A program made the translations under genes and the position numbers. The notes under the pieces are model-generated. The model made no database searches and was not told the origin of the DNA. It saw only the letters and a list, made by a program, of their open reading frames with translations. DNA of 63,982 nucleotides, counting the filler, from Circinaria calcarea (Eukaryota), in the NCBI GenBank assembly GCA_051942165.1. It is 7 parts of 7 records of this genome, joined end to end, with 100 filler letters (N's around TTAATTAATTAA, not from the genome) between each part and the next. Parts side by side here need not be neighbours in the genome. Positions count along the whole stretch, not along the records: positions 27,611 to 36,704 come from JAVECS010000985.1; positions 36,805 to 45,887 come from JAVECS010000986.1; positions 45,988 to 55,060 come from JAVECS010000987.1; 4 more parts are not named here. One strand, 5' to 3'. The first letter of the stretch is position 1. Every line of letters starts with the position of its first letter. Shown here in pieces: positions 34,963 through 49,698 of this stretch.

Positions 34963-36082
34963 ATGACTTCGCAGCATCCGGGCCAGACCAATGCTACCGA
35001 CAGGAATGGAGCGAGATCGCCTCTTGGCCTAATCCAGACGCAAAACCTTGACCGAAACCCACGATTCTCATACTTGGAGACACCCTCACAGGTATCCCAA
35101 CCAGAGTTTGAGCAATTCTCCAGCCCTACGAATTCTACAATTGATGAGTCGCCCGTGACGCCGGGCGTACGACACCATCTATATGATGTGCATGCCTATG
35201 CGGCTCCAACAGAACCGTCATATCCGGTAGAGAAGGACATACTTGGCCGGACGACCTCTCCTTATAACTTCCCTCCACCGCAGGAGGTGCATCCGGCACA
35301 CTTTGCCCCATATGCAGATGAACATCCGGTGGTACCAGTACGTCACACCTCTCCATCGCATCAAATGTCCACGCTCTCATCCCGACCGCATTCTTCCGCT
35401 CCAGAAGAACATGGGAAACGGACGGGTTCAAAGGACCAAACTACCGTACCAATCAATGGTCCTGACAGGGACCAAGTCAAAGAATCGCCAGGATTCGAGA
35501 AGAAGACCAAAACACCCACGTACAATCCGGACTCTTTGGCGGGTCCCAATATAATAGCCGAAAACCATCGACCAGGCCAAGTCTCTCATCCGAACTCTGC
35601 TATTCAGCCCGAATGGAAGCAGGGACTCTGTGAGATGGATACTACATGCTGCACGGGCTTATTTTGTCCGTGTATGGTCTATGGAAAGACTCAGTATCGT
35701 CTCTCACAAAAAGCACGGAAACGAGAAGCCACGGATCTTTTGGGTTATGAGACTTGCAACGGATCGTGTGCATTGATGGCGGTGGCTTGTGGGTTTCAGT
35801 GTAAGTATTGTTACGAGAGGATGGTTTTTGATTATATAGTAATTGATATAACGGATAGGGATACTCGCAACCATCCAACGTACTAGAATCCGCAAAGCCT
35901 ATCAACTTCACGGTAGTGTCAGATCTGATTGCATCAAGTCTTTTTGCTGCTGCTGTTGCGTATTAATGCAAGATGAACGCGAGGTTCGTACTCGCGAAGA
36001 GCTGCTAAGGCGCTATGCTGGACCGGCGAGTGGTGCATACATCAGTCCGGAGCCTATGAGTTATAAACCACCGCCTGGGTAA
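34963..36082 (+). CDS. PLAC8 (DUF614) family Cys-rich protein
   Basis: WKQGLC...CCTGLFCPCMVYGKT; last exon IRKAYQLHGSVRSDCIKSFCCCCCVLMQDEREV. Confidence 0.88.
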
Positions 36083-36704
36083 CTATATGCCGGATGTGTC
36101 GTTGAAACTTTACCGGCTGTGACTCTATCGTCTGAGGCTACCGACAGGACTTCAGTCCTAGATTACACCTTTGACCGTCTATAGTCTTGGCCAAATCAAG
36201 CTATCTCTGCCTCCGAGCTCGAAGCTCGTAATCCAAAAAGGATACCAAAACCCTAATCAAGCACCACTCGCCACTTTTAAAATCTTAAGCGCGTGCCTCT
36301 GAATCATCGCCGATAAATGGACCGCAGGACTCAAGCTACGCGCAGCGATGCTAGCAAAGTGAAAAGGCAGTGCTCTCCAGTTTATCGAAGATGTGAGGGC
36401 CCCAGGTCGTCTTACGCAGATACACCAGGATAAGGATGTCCCAACGGGCGAAGTACGGGGAAAAGTGGGTGCGGGTGAGGGCGAATACTGAAGGAACTCC
36501 TAGCGAATCTTACTCGGAACTTTTGGCAGCCCGTATGGCTGAATCCAGAAGAGGAAACCACAACACTACCTTGGAAGATAGTAACATTGATCAGATCAGT
36601 CACAGTCCGAGAGTAGGAATTAGAAAGAAAGAAAAAAAGTATATTTAACTACCAGGGTTCATATGTAGTAATCTTACCTAAACCCTCATCTTCACCCTTC
36701 CCCC

Positions 36705-36804
36705 NNNNNNNNNNNNNNNNNNNNNNNNNNNNNNNNNNNNNNNNNNNNTTAATTAATTAANNNNNNNNNNNNNNNNNNNNNNNNNNNNNNNNNNNNNNNN
36801 NNNN
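36705..36804. other. Artificial contig linker
   Basis: Same structure. Confidence 0.98.
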
Positions 36805-37400
36805 CCCCTCGCCACCGCCCTCCTCGCCTTCTCCCTCACATCCCCCTGACTGCGCACCCGATCCTCGGCTTCCTGCGCGCTCAGATGCGGATCCCGCTCC
36901 CGCAGGCGCTTCATTTGGATATCCGGGTCCGAGACGGCCACGACGACGACGACGCCGCAGAGGACGTCGAGACCGGATTCGAAGAGCAGCGGGATGTCGA
37001 GGACGACGGCCCAGTGGCCGCGCACGTAGTAGGAGAGCAGAGCCTTGTACATCTCGCGCCGGACGGCCGGGTGCACGATTCCGTTCAGCACCTGCCGGTC
37101 CCTTTTCCTGTCTGGGGAGTCGCCGAAGACGCGACGCCCCAGGGCGGGGCGGTTGAGCGGCCAGCCTTTGCCATTCAAGGCCTTGTCGAGGTCGGCGGAA
37201 GGGGCGGGCAGGAGGAGGTCAGGGGTGGTGGATTGGAAGTGGTCGAGGATTGCGGCGTAGCCCGGTGTGCCTGGTTCGACTACTTTTCGGGCGAGGAGGT
37301 CGGCGTCGATGATGGGGAGAGAGTAGGGAGGTCGGGAAAGGAGGTGGGAGACTGTTGATTTTCCCGTCGCGATGGAACCGGTTAGACCAATGAGGAGCAT
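36805..37400 (-). CDS. CAB5: Dephospho-CoA kinase, 3' truncated
   Basis: MLLIGLTGSIATGKST, IIDAD, LNGIVHPAV, DIPLLFE. Confidence 0.93.
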
Positions 37401-37674
37401 GGTGGGAGAGGAAGTGGGAAAAATGGGGTGGAGAGCAGGGTGATGAGTTGAGGCGGTGAGTGGGAGGATACTGTATTATCAACGAGGACGACAATTTATT
37501 AAGACGTTTAATTCCTCGTTCCAACGTAACTATTGCGTCGTTCCTTTTAGAAGGTTCTAATTTCGCTTGAGAAGTTGAGCTCCCATGGCTCTACAAAGGG
37601 TATCCGCGTTACATGTGAAGATCCATATATGCACCGAGCCACCACGCTCATAGTTCTCAAGCCACGTTGCTAGC

Positions 37675-38661
<987 letters not shown>

Positions 38662-39154
38662 GTTTCCCAATTGGACGAGGGAACAATAAGGCAAAGATCA
38701 AGGAGACACTTCTAAGCGGCTTCAGGAAGTATCCATTGATGGGAGTCCTTTTTGCTCTTTGCGGTTTAGCAGTAGATGTTCAGTTTTCAGTGGCAGATAG
38801 GGTCTATAATCTTTAATGTTAAGGATGCTGTGCAGATACAGACTCTCCGACGGCGCGTGGATTTCCCAAAGATTGAAGCTGTCCCCATTCGGTTTAGTTT
38901 ACTACCTTTCACGGCTCCTGATATGAATGAGTGGCCTCGACAGTCAAACACCATGACTATCAGAGCATGAAATGTATCATAATCTACTATATTTCTTCAC
39001 TGTCTAAGTCCTACAAGACCTATGCAGAAGCTGCCTCTATTTTCATGACCAAGATCACTCTAACATGAGGGAATACTTTGGATGAGGCTCACTGAATGCC
39101 GAACGCCACGCTAGACATCAGAGTCAAAGGTGTATGCAAACGCTGTAGGTGCAC

Positions 39155-42100
39155 TCAAAGCTTGGGCTCGATGTCCTCGAACTCACTTAGGTCCATAACA
39201 GGTCTAGGTGCTGTACTCACTTGCAGACTTGCTTTGTACTCACAAACATCTTCAATGTATGTGGTTTGCTTGACCTCAGGTGACTTGGGAAGGTCCTTTG
39301 TGTCCTCAGACGAAGGGCGGATTTCGATGCCCAGACTTGGTAATGCCATGTTTAAGAGTTGCTGCCCTTGCGCAAGGACCTGTTTAGACTGCTCCTCTGA
39401 AACCTGAGCATCTTCGGAGAGATATCTCCACACCGCTTCAACGATACTAGCTTGATCGCCTCCGACAACGTCGACGCTTGCAAATCGCTTAGCAAGGAGA
39501 GTGGAGTCAACCTCAATTCCCGAGGATGTTAGGTATTTAGTCAGTAAACTCATGACTTTCTCTCTCTGCTCCGAGGCTGACATTGTCCCCACAACTTTCT
39601 GCGGTGATGATTGCGCTATCAGGTGCACAGAGAGTTTTGCGCGGTGTGGCGACATAGGATCGATATAATGGGCAAAGAACGTCAACATGTCCGATTTGGT
39701 CAACAGCTTAAGCTGAGCAACGTCCGTCTCGACTTGGTTGAAGTTGAAATATTCGTTGCTGATATAGCCCCAGAAGCGAGAACTCTCCTGATCAAGATTC
39801 TTTATTTTCTCCAATCGCTTGTTGATAAGACTCTTCTTATGGCTCTCAAATTTGTCATCGGACATGCCCTCTAAGGTTTTTGCGAACGAAGCAAGGAACG
39901 CGTTGATCCTTTCCTCGAGATAACTCGGCGAACGTTCTGACTGTACAATGACTCGATATCCCATAGTGGTAGCTCCTAGCCTCGCTCCCGTGAACACTAT
40001 GTATCCGAGCTGTTCTTTGGTACGAAGTTGGTCGAATCCTTGTTCGTCCGTCAATTGACCAAGAAGTAGTAATTTTGCTCTAAGTGGCATATCCGCAAGA
40101 TCACCAACGTACAAGTAATATTCAATGCAGTGATTAACATTTTTCGGATCACCGAGGTCTCGACGATAGGTAAAGTCACTCCCCTCGGGTAATATTAGAT
40201 TCCGGCGAACCGCCCACTGAAACTGAGGTAACGGTCGAGGTTTTAGTGTTGATTCAATAAGATTGGTGATTTTTAGGGCATCCTCTTTGTACAAATTGCC
40301 ATGCACTTGGAGTTCGACGTGTACTTGACGGATGAGTTGCGGGTAGAACGCGAGGATATCTTGCGGAGTAATATGGGGTAATTCAGCCAAGTACTGTTCA
40401 TTGAGCCAACCTCTCTGGTTCCCTAACCATCGAGTAAATTCCCCAACTTGCCGATACGGTTGCTGAAAATCCCAATTTCGATACCCTCTCATTACTCGCT
40501 CTTTGATTATATTGAATCTATCGGGCTTTACCTCGAGATCCCGCATATTAATTAACACCTTTTCCAGAAGAACGGACATCTTGTCATTGTAGCCAGCGAA
40601 ATCGACATTAAGACCAAGCGAGGTGTTATACAGACTGTATTCAAGTCCTGCGATTTCGGCATCGTAAGCGTACTCCTCGAGAGCGTCATTGACAAGTTCG
40701 CAATACATCTTCGTCTTGACTGAGTTTACGGGTGTGACGTGTGCAAGAGGATTTCTCATCACCACGATGATGTTGGCCCTTGGTACCCAGAATCGGTCGT
40801 CCTTCTTCCACCATGTACGAAATCCTTCATCATTGCGGATCAGCTTGGGGGTTTTCGCAGGTTCTTTGATATCTTTCTTTTCCACCGATAACCGCGTAGG
40901 CACGAATTCGTTTCGGTGAGGCAAATGCAGATCTGAAGGTCTATCTTGGCTTGTACTTTGCCCAGCTTGGTGTACAGCTGCCTCAAATTCTGGACTTATT
41001 CGCTCTATGCGGTACTCGGTACCGTACCATCTTTCGTTTTGGTCCCAGTCTCCAGGATACTTTTTGCTGACAATTGTAAGTCTATAATTGTCTGTACGAA
41101 GGTAGGCCAATGCTTGGCTGATAGCTTTTGCATCAAATTCGCGGATTAAGCTTGTTCCACTTAACAACCACTCTCTAGGCAACGGTTTTTGCATCTTGCT
41201 ACTAAGCTTACTGGTGAAGCTACTAGCCGGAGTCTTCTCTTTAAATCGAAAATCCACCTCCGCCATTCCCTTCATTTCGTCAACTATCCATTGTTGGGGT
41301 GGCGTCTGCTGCAGTAAAGCAATATACTGAAATACGGTTTTGACAACTTCTTGGTATTCCTTTAGGCCATCCTCAGTCAGTCGGATTGAAATGGTGAAAA
41401 AGGCAGAACCTGGGCAAACCGGCATTGCTCCAGCAGAAAGGCCATTGGCCCACCCTTTACCTTTGATGTAAGCAAGAATACTGCCGGGTCCTTCATGTCC
41501 TATCAGATGACTGAGATATCGGCTTGGGTGTGATTTGTACATGTCTTCCTCGTCTTGGTAGGGAAAGTATATGTCAAGCGATCGAGTATCCATCACCGGT
41601 TTAGCAAATACTTGCGTCAAGAGCTCATTTTCCGTAAAGGGTTGTAGACCGTCCCAACGATTCGGGGGCAGGTCTTTGTTTCGTACATCTGCAAAGAGAT
41701 CTCCAACCCATGTCTCCAGCTGATCAAGAGGCTCCTTTCCAAGTACAACAAGCTTCATTCGATTGGCGGAATAATAATTATCGTGGAACTTCATAAATTC
41801 ACCCCGTACCTCCACCCCACGTTTTCGGGGTTCATCCCTTAACGTCTCGAGATTACCCGTAGAGAAGTGGTGATATGGATGCCGAGGGTTTGAAAGAGAC
41901 TTGGACAGTTGCATTAAGCGCCAGTTGTCGCTTTGTAGGTTTTTCTTGTTTTCCGAATCCACTGCCTTCAGCTCTCGGTCGAGAGTCTCGGCAAGGAAGA
42001 GGGGGGCAACAAAAAACTGAGCGAACCTATCCAACGCACCATGAAGAGGTGACTCCGTCGTGCCGTTAGTCATAGCCACTGAAGCAGAGTCGGCAGATGC

Positions 42101-42600
42101 CGCCACCTCAAAGTAGTAATTTGTCTCGGTAGCGGCTGTATACGCGTTCGAATATCCAGCATGAGCTGTCAGATATTGACTGTAGGCATTCTCTATGGGA
42201 TACTGTGCATATTGTTAGCGCCGGGCGGTGATACAGACGTTTTCGATGTGGCCTTACCTTTTTGGTCCCCATGAAAAGGGCGTGTTCCTTTTAATCGCTG
42301 TCAGAGTTGGATACTTGGATACCTCGAGAAGATGAGGTGACAGCTTACCACAGCGTGAGCCATACCTGGCATGTCTTCGGGGTCGGAGAACGATCCGACA
42401 TTGACTATGGGCAATTAGCTTGGTGCAATTTCAGACTTTACAGATGGGAGCCTACCGTTTACAGACGCACTGGCTTTGTCACTCTCGGCATCGTGAACGA
42501 GGAGTACCTCGAGCTTATTGGGCAGTCGAATGACGCGGTAGGACCGGTCGTCCAATTCTGGAGCTTCGAGGCTGTCGGTAAGGCGCTCAATTGGTATCAT
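39155..42600 (-). CDS. STE23: Insulin-degrading enzyme-like M16A metallopeptidase (Ste23)
   Basis: DDRSYRVIRLPN, inverted zinc motif GMAHAV|EHALFMGTKK, HLIGHEGPGS, FDQLRTKEQLGY; possible upstream start at 42765. Confidence 0.93.
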
Positions 42601-43556
42601 GTTCGCTGCTGATGATTGACGTTGAAAGTGCGGGGTGGTGGGCGGTGGACCAGGGTTTCTTGCCAGTCGGCGGCAGGCGGTGGGATGCAGGAGCGAGAGA
42701 GGTGAGTGGTGAGGATATTTGAGGATGGTACAGCAGCGACTTAAGCCATGTTTGAAAGGAGTCATAAAGGTTACAGCAAGAAACAGACAGGCGCAGACCA
42801 CGATGGTGCCATGTTGGTATTTTGGATGACGGGAAATTACCCGCCTCAGCTGGCCCGTACTGGTAGAATGTAGGTGGCCATTTCGAGACAGCTCTGCATC
42901 CGTTAAGGTACTCAGATGCAAGTCATTTGCAACAGGCCGCTAGCCTGTCTTAGAGTATCTGGACAACATGTCGAAGGGGGCTCACCGTACTACCATACAC
43001 AGTAGAGTACGGTAGACACCAAATACCTCGAACGCTCATCCAAACTGCCCGCCGATCTTACGATATTAGCCCACCAACAAGGAGGGTCTTTCTGTCTTTC
43101 TCTGCCTTGCAGTCACTCGTTACACTGCATTGCCCACGCCGATCATATTGTCAATCTTATCCTATTCTACCCTCTGTGTCTGTTTCCCTCGGGAAATCTC
43201 ACCCCATTCATGCATGGGCAATCCAATGAGGTCAATCAGTGGTCGAATCCATCGTCAGGCCAGCTTCCTTCCATAGACAATGATCGGTCGCAGGTCACCT
43301 TCCAGAGTTCCAAGCAATAGGTTCTTGGGATACGCTTGCTGCATGCATAGAATCATTTGCGGCGCGTGGGTGTGCTGCTCTATCGTTGAACAATTAAGGC
43401 AATCCAAATAGCTGCGGCGCGTGCATACCTTTACAGTACAGCCCGTAGGATATATGTGATCAGGCATGTCTTGCTTCTCTCATTGCTCGGATTTGGCGCA
43501 TACGTGATTGTTTCCCAATCAGTGCCATTGGGTTTATTCCTGCTCCTATTCCTGCC

Positions 43557-44832
43557 ATGGCCGATTATGAGGTTGGACCTCAGTACCTTCATGTCGTTAT
43601 TGCACTCGGGGTTTTGGCTACCATCACTGTAGTCCTGCGATTAATAGCACGATGGATGATCAAGAGTGCGCTTCGCTCGGACGACTACTGGGTATTGGCC
43701 GGACTTGTTTTCATGTATGGGTCGTTGATCAACAGTGGATATTGTATGCCTTTCGCACACCGCTCAAGTTCCGCCCACTCTGCTAATGTACCAAAGTGTA
43801 CATAGTTGGCGGAAAGGGAAGAAGTTTCACGGTAGTGACGCCCTTGCAACGCCATGTCTTCCTTCAGGTATACATCCATTGTTAATACCATGAATGCCCC
43901 CATTAAATGACTATAGTCATTCTTGGCCAGTCAGCTACTATACTACTTTACGATGACCGCCATTAAGATATCCATCCTCTGCCTCTACCGACGAACTTTC
44001 CCCATTCGAACTTTCCGTCTTGCAACCCTTATTGTTGGCGTGATATGCGCCGCCTGGTTCATTGGGGGTACATTCGCAATAATCTTCCAGTGCAGACCTA
44101 TTGCCGCGGCGTGGGACTGGAGCATACCAGGGAAGCAATGTGTCAATACGAAGGCAATGTTTGAAAGCATCGTGGCTATCAATCTCATCACCGATGTCAT
44201 TATACTATGTCTACCCATGAAACTGGTATGGGACTTGCACCTGGCATTGCGCCAGAAGTTGGTCGTGTTGGCAATCTTTTCTTTAGGTGGCCTGTTAGTG
44301 CTTGTTCGCTCCCGTCCGTATCTTCTCACTAAGAATTTCTACAGTGCCTGCATCATTTGTCTCCTACGCATCGCCATTTTCGCCAAAGACCAATACAACC
44401 GGGACTTGTCATGTAAGATCGTTCCCTGGTGAGAAGACCCAATGACGCTGATCCCTTACAACAGGGCTTCTCCTCCAATGTTCCCTCTGGACAATTATAG
44501 AACCTGAACTTGCTGTCATAGCCGCCAACCTCCCGACGCTCCGCCCTCTTTTTCCCAAACGAGCCTCTCTCTCTCACCTCACCAACAAATTCTCAACCAG
44601 TACATCATCTCCGACCCCCAAGTCATGGTACGGAGTCAGCAGCATGCCTTCTTCGAATCCAGCCCAAAGTACGGTGTCGCACACGGTCGAGTACCCATTC
44701 AAAGGCTACAGAGAAATCCGAGATCTGAGTCAGAACGGGGGTACGTCGAGAATTGAGAGAGGTTCAAGGGAGATGTACGACAGCCCCGCGGACCCCGGGA
44801 TACATGTAAGAGAAGAGATTTCGATTGTTTGA
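43557..44832 (+). CDS. Pth11-like rhodopsin-domain integral membrane protein
   Basis: LRLIARW..SDDYW, KISILCLYRRTF, NLITDVIILCLPM, IEPELAVIAANLPTLRPL. Confidence 0.85.
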
Positions 44833-45887
44833 TTACGTATGATACATGTGGAAGTGCGGAATTTACTGCTTGCCCTGTATACTTCGAGCGCGGCTGTATC
44901 ACGCGGCCTGACGAGGTTTCGGCTACAAAAACACCATAGTAATCTCGGTTTAGAGTGCAAACTCCTAACCCACCTACTTCCACTTTCCCTATCCACACTC
45001 TTACCTCCAGCCCAAGCCTTTCACCAGTCTCCCTACCCTGACCATTTTTCTTCTTCGCTCGTGCAAGAAACACTCCCGGCAAGGAGTCCGATTCAAGAGC
45101 GAAAAGACGGAAAATATTGGGTTTGGGAGTAAGGGAGCAGCAATCTATGCAAAATATCCTTTACATATACCATCTTATGCTTCCTAAACTCCGCCTTATA
45201 ACAGCTTATCCCACCCTCTCTTTTCTATCCTTCACTTCCGTCTATACCGATCTCCCATTCCTCAGCCCCCAAACCTTACGCGTCTTTTCTATTGGTAGTC
45301 TTCGCGCCGTATTTGTCCATACATGCAACCATAGAGCCTTTTGCAGAAGGGAGATGTCTATTTAGTGGGAGGTCTAAATAGTGGCGGAATGAGGGAAATC
45401 GGAGCGGTGGATTAGGTACTAGTGGCCCCCTTTTCGTCTCTCTTTTTCAGGTACTACTCTAGTATGAATTTGCAACAGTCGAATAAGAAGCTCTCTATCA
45501 GCTCAGGTAGGTCCTTGCTTAGAATAATATATTCTTTTCCGTAACGTCCGGCGTTGTAAGCAGAAGCGAATTTCTATTTATATTCTTAGGTTCTTTAGTT
45601 ATATATTTAATTAAAGACTTCGTTTAAAATATTCCTATTCCTTTTTAACGACTCCCGCCTTATTTATGAGGAGAATTATATATGGTATTTAATGTCTGGT
45701 GACAAAATTCCATTAGCTTCGGTATTCCTTACATCAATCCAGTTCCACTACAAAGGGGAAAGATTGCACTATCCGGCTACCTCCCAGTACTGACAGCATC
45801 AGCAGTCAGATTCTGAAGTCCGGACGCAGGCAAATCACATCCAAAGGCTTATTATCCACTCGAGGAACCAGGCTTCTTCGATATCAT

Positions 45888-45987
45888 NNNNNNNNNNNNN
45901 NNNNNNNNNNNNNNNNNNNNNNNNNNNNNNNTTAATTAATTAANNNNNNNNNNNNNNNNNNNNNNNNNNNNNNNNNNNNNNNNNNNN
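45888..45987. other. Artificial contig linker
   Basis: Same structure. Confidence 0.98.
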
Positions 45988-46340
45988 GTCAGAGGGGGTA
46001 ATGAATTCTAGTCGCTACCATAGATAATTTTCTGCCCGCACTAATACCAGTTTTTGTTTGGATTTTTTGGGTTTTATATTGTCCAGGGGGGTTTTTTGGG
46101 GTTTTTCACTCGGGTCGGGAGGGGGGAAGTTTCAAGGATCGAGATTCAAGAGTTTCTGGTTCCTAGTAATTTCCGAGGCCACACCAGCTCTCGTTTGCGT
46201 TCACGCTCACGCTGCCACGTTTTCTCAATTCGAAAGAAGAAAAAAATTATAGAATAAAATCAAATGTCGTGTATTCTCGTTCCTAGTAATTTCCGAGGCA
46301 CCTAGCTTCGTTGCGTTCCCGCCCAGACTGTCAATTTTTC

Positions 46341-47727
46341 TTAGGGCGGGGGCTCCTGAAACGTGGACAGACGGATCTCCGTGGTCTTCCGAATTTCATC
46401 CGGGTCGTGTAGAGGAACCGTCATGCTCTGCTCGCTGCCACTGGTCGGAGAGTCTGGGGTTCGCGGATCGGAAAATGGTCCCCCTGGCACCCGAATTGTG
46501 TGGGAGGAATCCGTGAAGAGGAATGCTTCGGTCGCTGTACGGTGGTTGGGCCGCTGCATGGGGGAGTCGTCGATAAGGTGGCCGCCGTTCTTTCGCTTGC
46601 TAGCGCAGCTTCGGAACAGAGGACGCAAGGTCGGGATGGTTCCGGCGATAATCCCTATAGTGGGCTCAAGTCTGACGTTGTAGAGGTCAGTATGATTATA
46701 TGTCTTTTTAGAGAAGTGGGTGCCTCACCCGACCCAGATACCTTCATTCACACCCTCATCTGAAAGGATTAGTAAGGCCGAGTCCGGATCTCGAGAGTAG
46801 ACTTCGGTTAGGGAGAGATAGACTTACAGGTAACATCTCCTGACTTTGCCGAGTGACTGTAAATTACCATTCTAACAAGGACACAGGCTGAAGTACTGCG
46901 TTTACGAAGTTTAGGTACTGTCATATCAATCGAATCATGCAGGCTTACAATACCCCCAATCCCATAAGACAGCAAATGCCCACTTTGCTCCTGATGCTTA
47001 TATGGCTGTTCCACAGGAAAATAATTGGTAAAATACTGAGGAACAGATCTGCGACAAAAGCCACGGCTTCGATGTGAATTAGCACTGATGCGATACAGCA
47101 ATTGATAGATTTCCTTACTGCCTTGGTAAGTGCTAATTGCAATGCGAGGTCCGTACCCGAGACACTTTCCAGGAACAAGTGGATATACAAACTTTATGAT
47201 TGGGCGGCAGTAGCTTAGTGTAGCGAGAATCGCAGCCAAGTTAGATGCAATTATAAAAAAGATAAAGGAATATAAAATCCACTTCCGTGTTCGGTTGATG
47301 GCGAATAGATGAAATATAAAGCAGCAGATTGATATTCTCGTGAAAGTGGTCGAAGGGATAAATCCAAATGCTGTAAGGCGAATCCATTTCAGGCTATGGA
47401 TTTGTTGCTCTTCGGATAGATAATAGAAATGTCTGCCGAAACCGTGTTGAACTGCTTTTATATGGAACGACAGCACAACACAAAAGCATAACTAGGATCT
47501 GTCAATTATCCGACTTGTCTCTGCAGTTATCACGAACAGGATATTCCACTTACTACTCCGAGCACGATGAAAAGATCGTCCCAACCCAAGGCCTTGACAA
47601 TCCTTATCCTAACAAATATTCTCAAGCACACAAGAGACACGACGAAACCAAACGTAGCTGCCTGAATGATAATCAGTGTTGGGCCGCCGTTCATATTCCT
47701 GTTCAAAGGAGGAGCGAGGTCTGTCAT
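46341..47727 (-). CDS. Pth11-like rhodopsin-domain integral membrane protein
   Basis: LRIFVRIRIVKALGWDD, GFGRH, ADLFLSILPI, GIIAGTIPTLRPLF across several exons. Confidence 0.82.
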
Positions 47728-48726
47728 GTTTTCCTGTCCGTTCTGACTAAGGATGAAATACGAGTGCCGAAGACAATACTTTTTCCAAGGTAATGAGTCG
47801 AAGACGTCGATGGCGAGTAAAGATAAGAAAAAGAAACTAACCTAGTGCTTGCAAACACCTTTCGAGTTGATGGTGCCGTACCCGGTTACGTGAGAACCAC
47901 AGCCATGCAGGAGCTGAGCATCAAGGATAATCGGCTCAGGCATACTACGCCGTGTGAAGTCGTATAACGGAGGGCAAGTTCGGCATAGGGATAGGTACCT
48001 ATGTGGGCAGGTAATATTTCACTGGAATTAAGTAAACCTAGCTTCATTATGCATTAGCGCAAAGCTGTTACATCCGTTGATGCTTCTCGAGATTTATCGG
48101 AAAGAAATTGAGGATGTGTGAAAAAGACGATCATCAGGATAGCTGCTTCTTTTCATGCGGCTTCCATCCACATGACAGCCCGCCATACGTAGCGCAAGGT
48201 AAGCCGAGTCTTTCTTGCCGCCCAAGACGCACGGTTCCTCCAGGGTATTATGATAAGCGCACTTATCGTGTAACAGAAGGGTTGAGAACTCTTAAGGATG
48301 CATTTGAATGCCGCATACATCGTGGTTTTCATGTACGACCGTTCAAAGCTGTCGTTTGATCCGAGGCCAGTGGCCCAAAGTCTTTGCCTCGTCACCACTG
48401 CTAGTCTATAGGCAGCTCCTAGCTTCGTGGTAAGCCTCTTGCATAGTGAAGAAATGGGTCGTGACGCTTCACTGCTAGACTAAATATGCATCGCATAATC
48501 AAAGTTACCAGATGTGGTCCAAATCGTTCAATTATTCTGCTGATACTAGACCGCCCACGAAATAATGGTAGCATGGCAATGGTAGCATTCCAACTATGTA
48601 AAGTTTTGAGAGATAATGCTTCCTCACAATAGCCAACTGCATAGTCAATTAGACGCGAATGCAGCCAGTGCTATTAACAATGGCATCTCCGTTTATTCCT
48701 CCATGCTATTTATCACGTACTGATCC

Positions 48727-49698
48727 CTATTGTCTTGTGAAATACTCCCCAATAAAGCCAAAAGCCACCGTTCCACCTGTAAATAAACACCCATTTTTAA
48801 ACCACCACCAGCAATTCTCGGGACTTTCCAAATCCACTCTGCTGATCATAACACCCAACACTGACAGGGTAAGGTAAGCGCCAACGTAATAAACCGGCCC
48901 AGCCTGTATCACTATACCAATAACTAGAAGGAAAACGATCTGTACCAAGGCCAGCCCGACCATAAAAGGCTTCACGTTGCCCCTGTACCGTACTGCCATC
49001 GACTTAACACCGCATTTCACATCATCTTTGATATCTTGATATGCATAAATCCAGTCAAACAGCATCAGCCATGCAGTAGTAAAACAATGCAACAATACAG
49101 CAGCGGCTAAAGAGGTGAACGACGACGATATATGCTGGTCAAGCGCCGGAAAAGCTGTTATACTCCCAGAAGTCATCACAAACCCAATTACGAGCTGAGG
49201 GTAGTATGTCACACGCTTTGCAAAAGGATAGGCGCCAATGCCAAAAATGCACACAATGTGGTAATAAAAGAAGTTTGCTGGTAACAAGAGTATAATGCTA
49301 AGATCAATCAGAAGTTGTATTACAATACAAAAACTTGCACCAAACAAAGTCACGGCACCACGAGCCATGGGGCGATACCGCGTCCGAAGTACTTGAGCAT
49401 CTACTTTCCGATCGAGCAGATCGTTCCAAGCACAACCTGCACCACGTAGTATAATCGAGTCGGCGAGTAACAGGAGGTTGGTAAACGCGAGGTGAGAGAC
49501 GGAGATTGTAGGCGTAGCAATTGAGGCGGCAAGAAAACTGCCAAAAAGGCATGGAAGGTATGCGTAAAGGTAGCCTGCAGGCTTGTCGATACGTGTGAGT
49601 TCGCCGTACGGAGCCAAAGTAGTTGGCAGATAGGAAAGGATGCCGTGTTTACGTGGAAAGCAATGTGACCTCTGACCAGTCGTAAAAACGGGTGACAT
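48727..49698 (-). CDS. UbiA aromatic prenyltransferase (COQ2/4-HB polyprenyltransferase-like, secondary-metabolism type)
   Basis: YGELTRIDKP, WNDLLDRKVDAQVLRTRYRP, YPFAKRVTYYPQ, YAYQDIKDD; intronless. Confidence 0.88.
   Translation of the reverse strand: MSPVFTTGQRSHCFPRKHGILSYLPTTLAPYGELTRIDKPAGYLYAYLPCLFGSFLAASIATPTISVSHLAFTNLLLLADSIILRGAGCAWNDLLDRKVDAQVLRTRYRPMARGAVTLFGASFCIVIQLLIDLSIILLLPANFFYYHIVCIFGIGAYPFAKRVTYYPQLVIGFVMTSGSITAFPALDQHISSSFTSLAAAVLLHCFTTAWLMLFDWIYAYQDIKDDVKCGVKSMAVRYRGNVKPFMVGLALVQIVFLLVIGIVIQAGPVYYVGAYLTLSVLGVMISRVDLESPENCWWWFKNGCLFTGGTVAFGFIGEYFTRQ

Noticed and set aside
46153..46340. Imperfect ~120-bp tandem duplication (GTTCCTAGTAATTTCCGAGG twice)
   Set aside because: Only two copies, in homopolymer-rich sequence near a contig end; may be an assembly artefact and is not a CRISPR-like array
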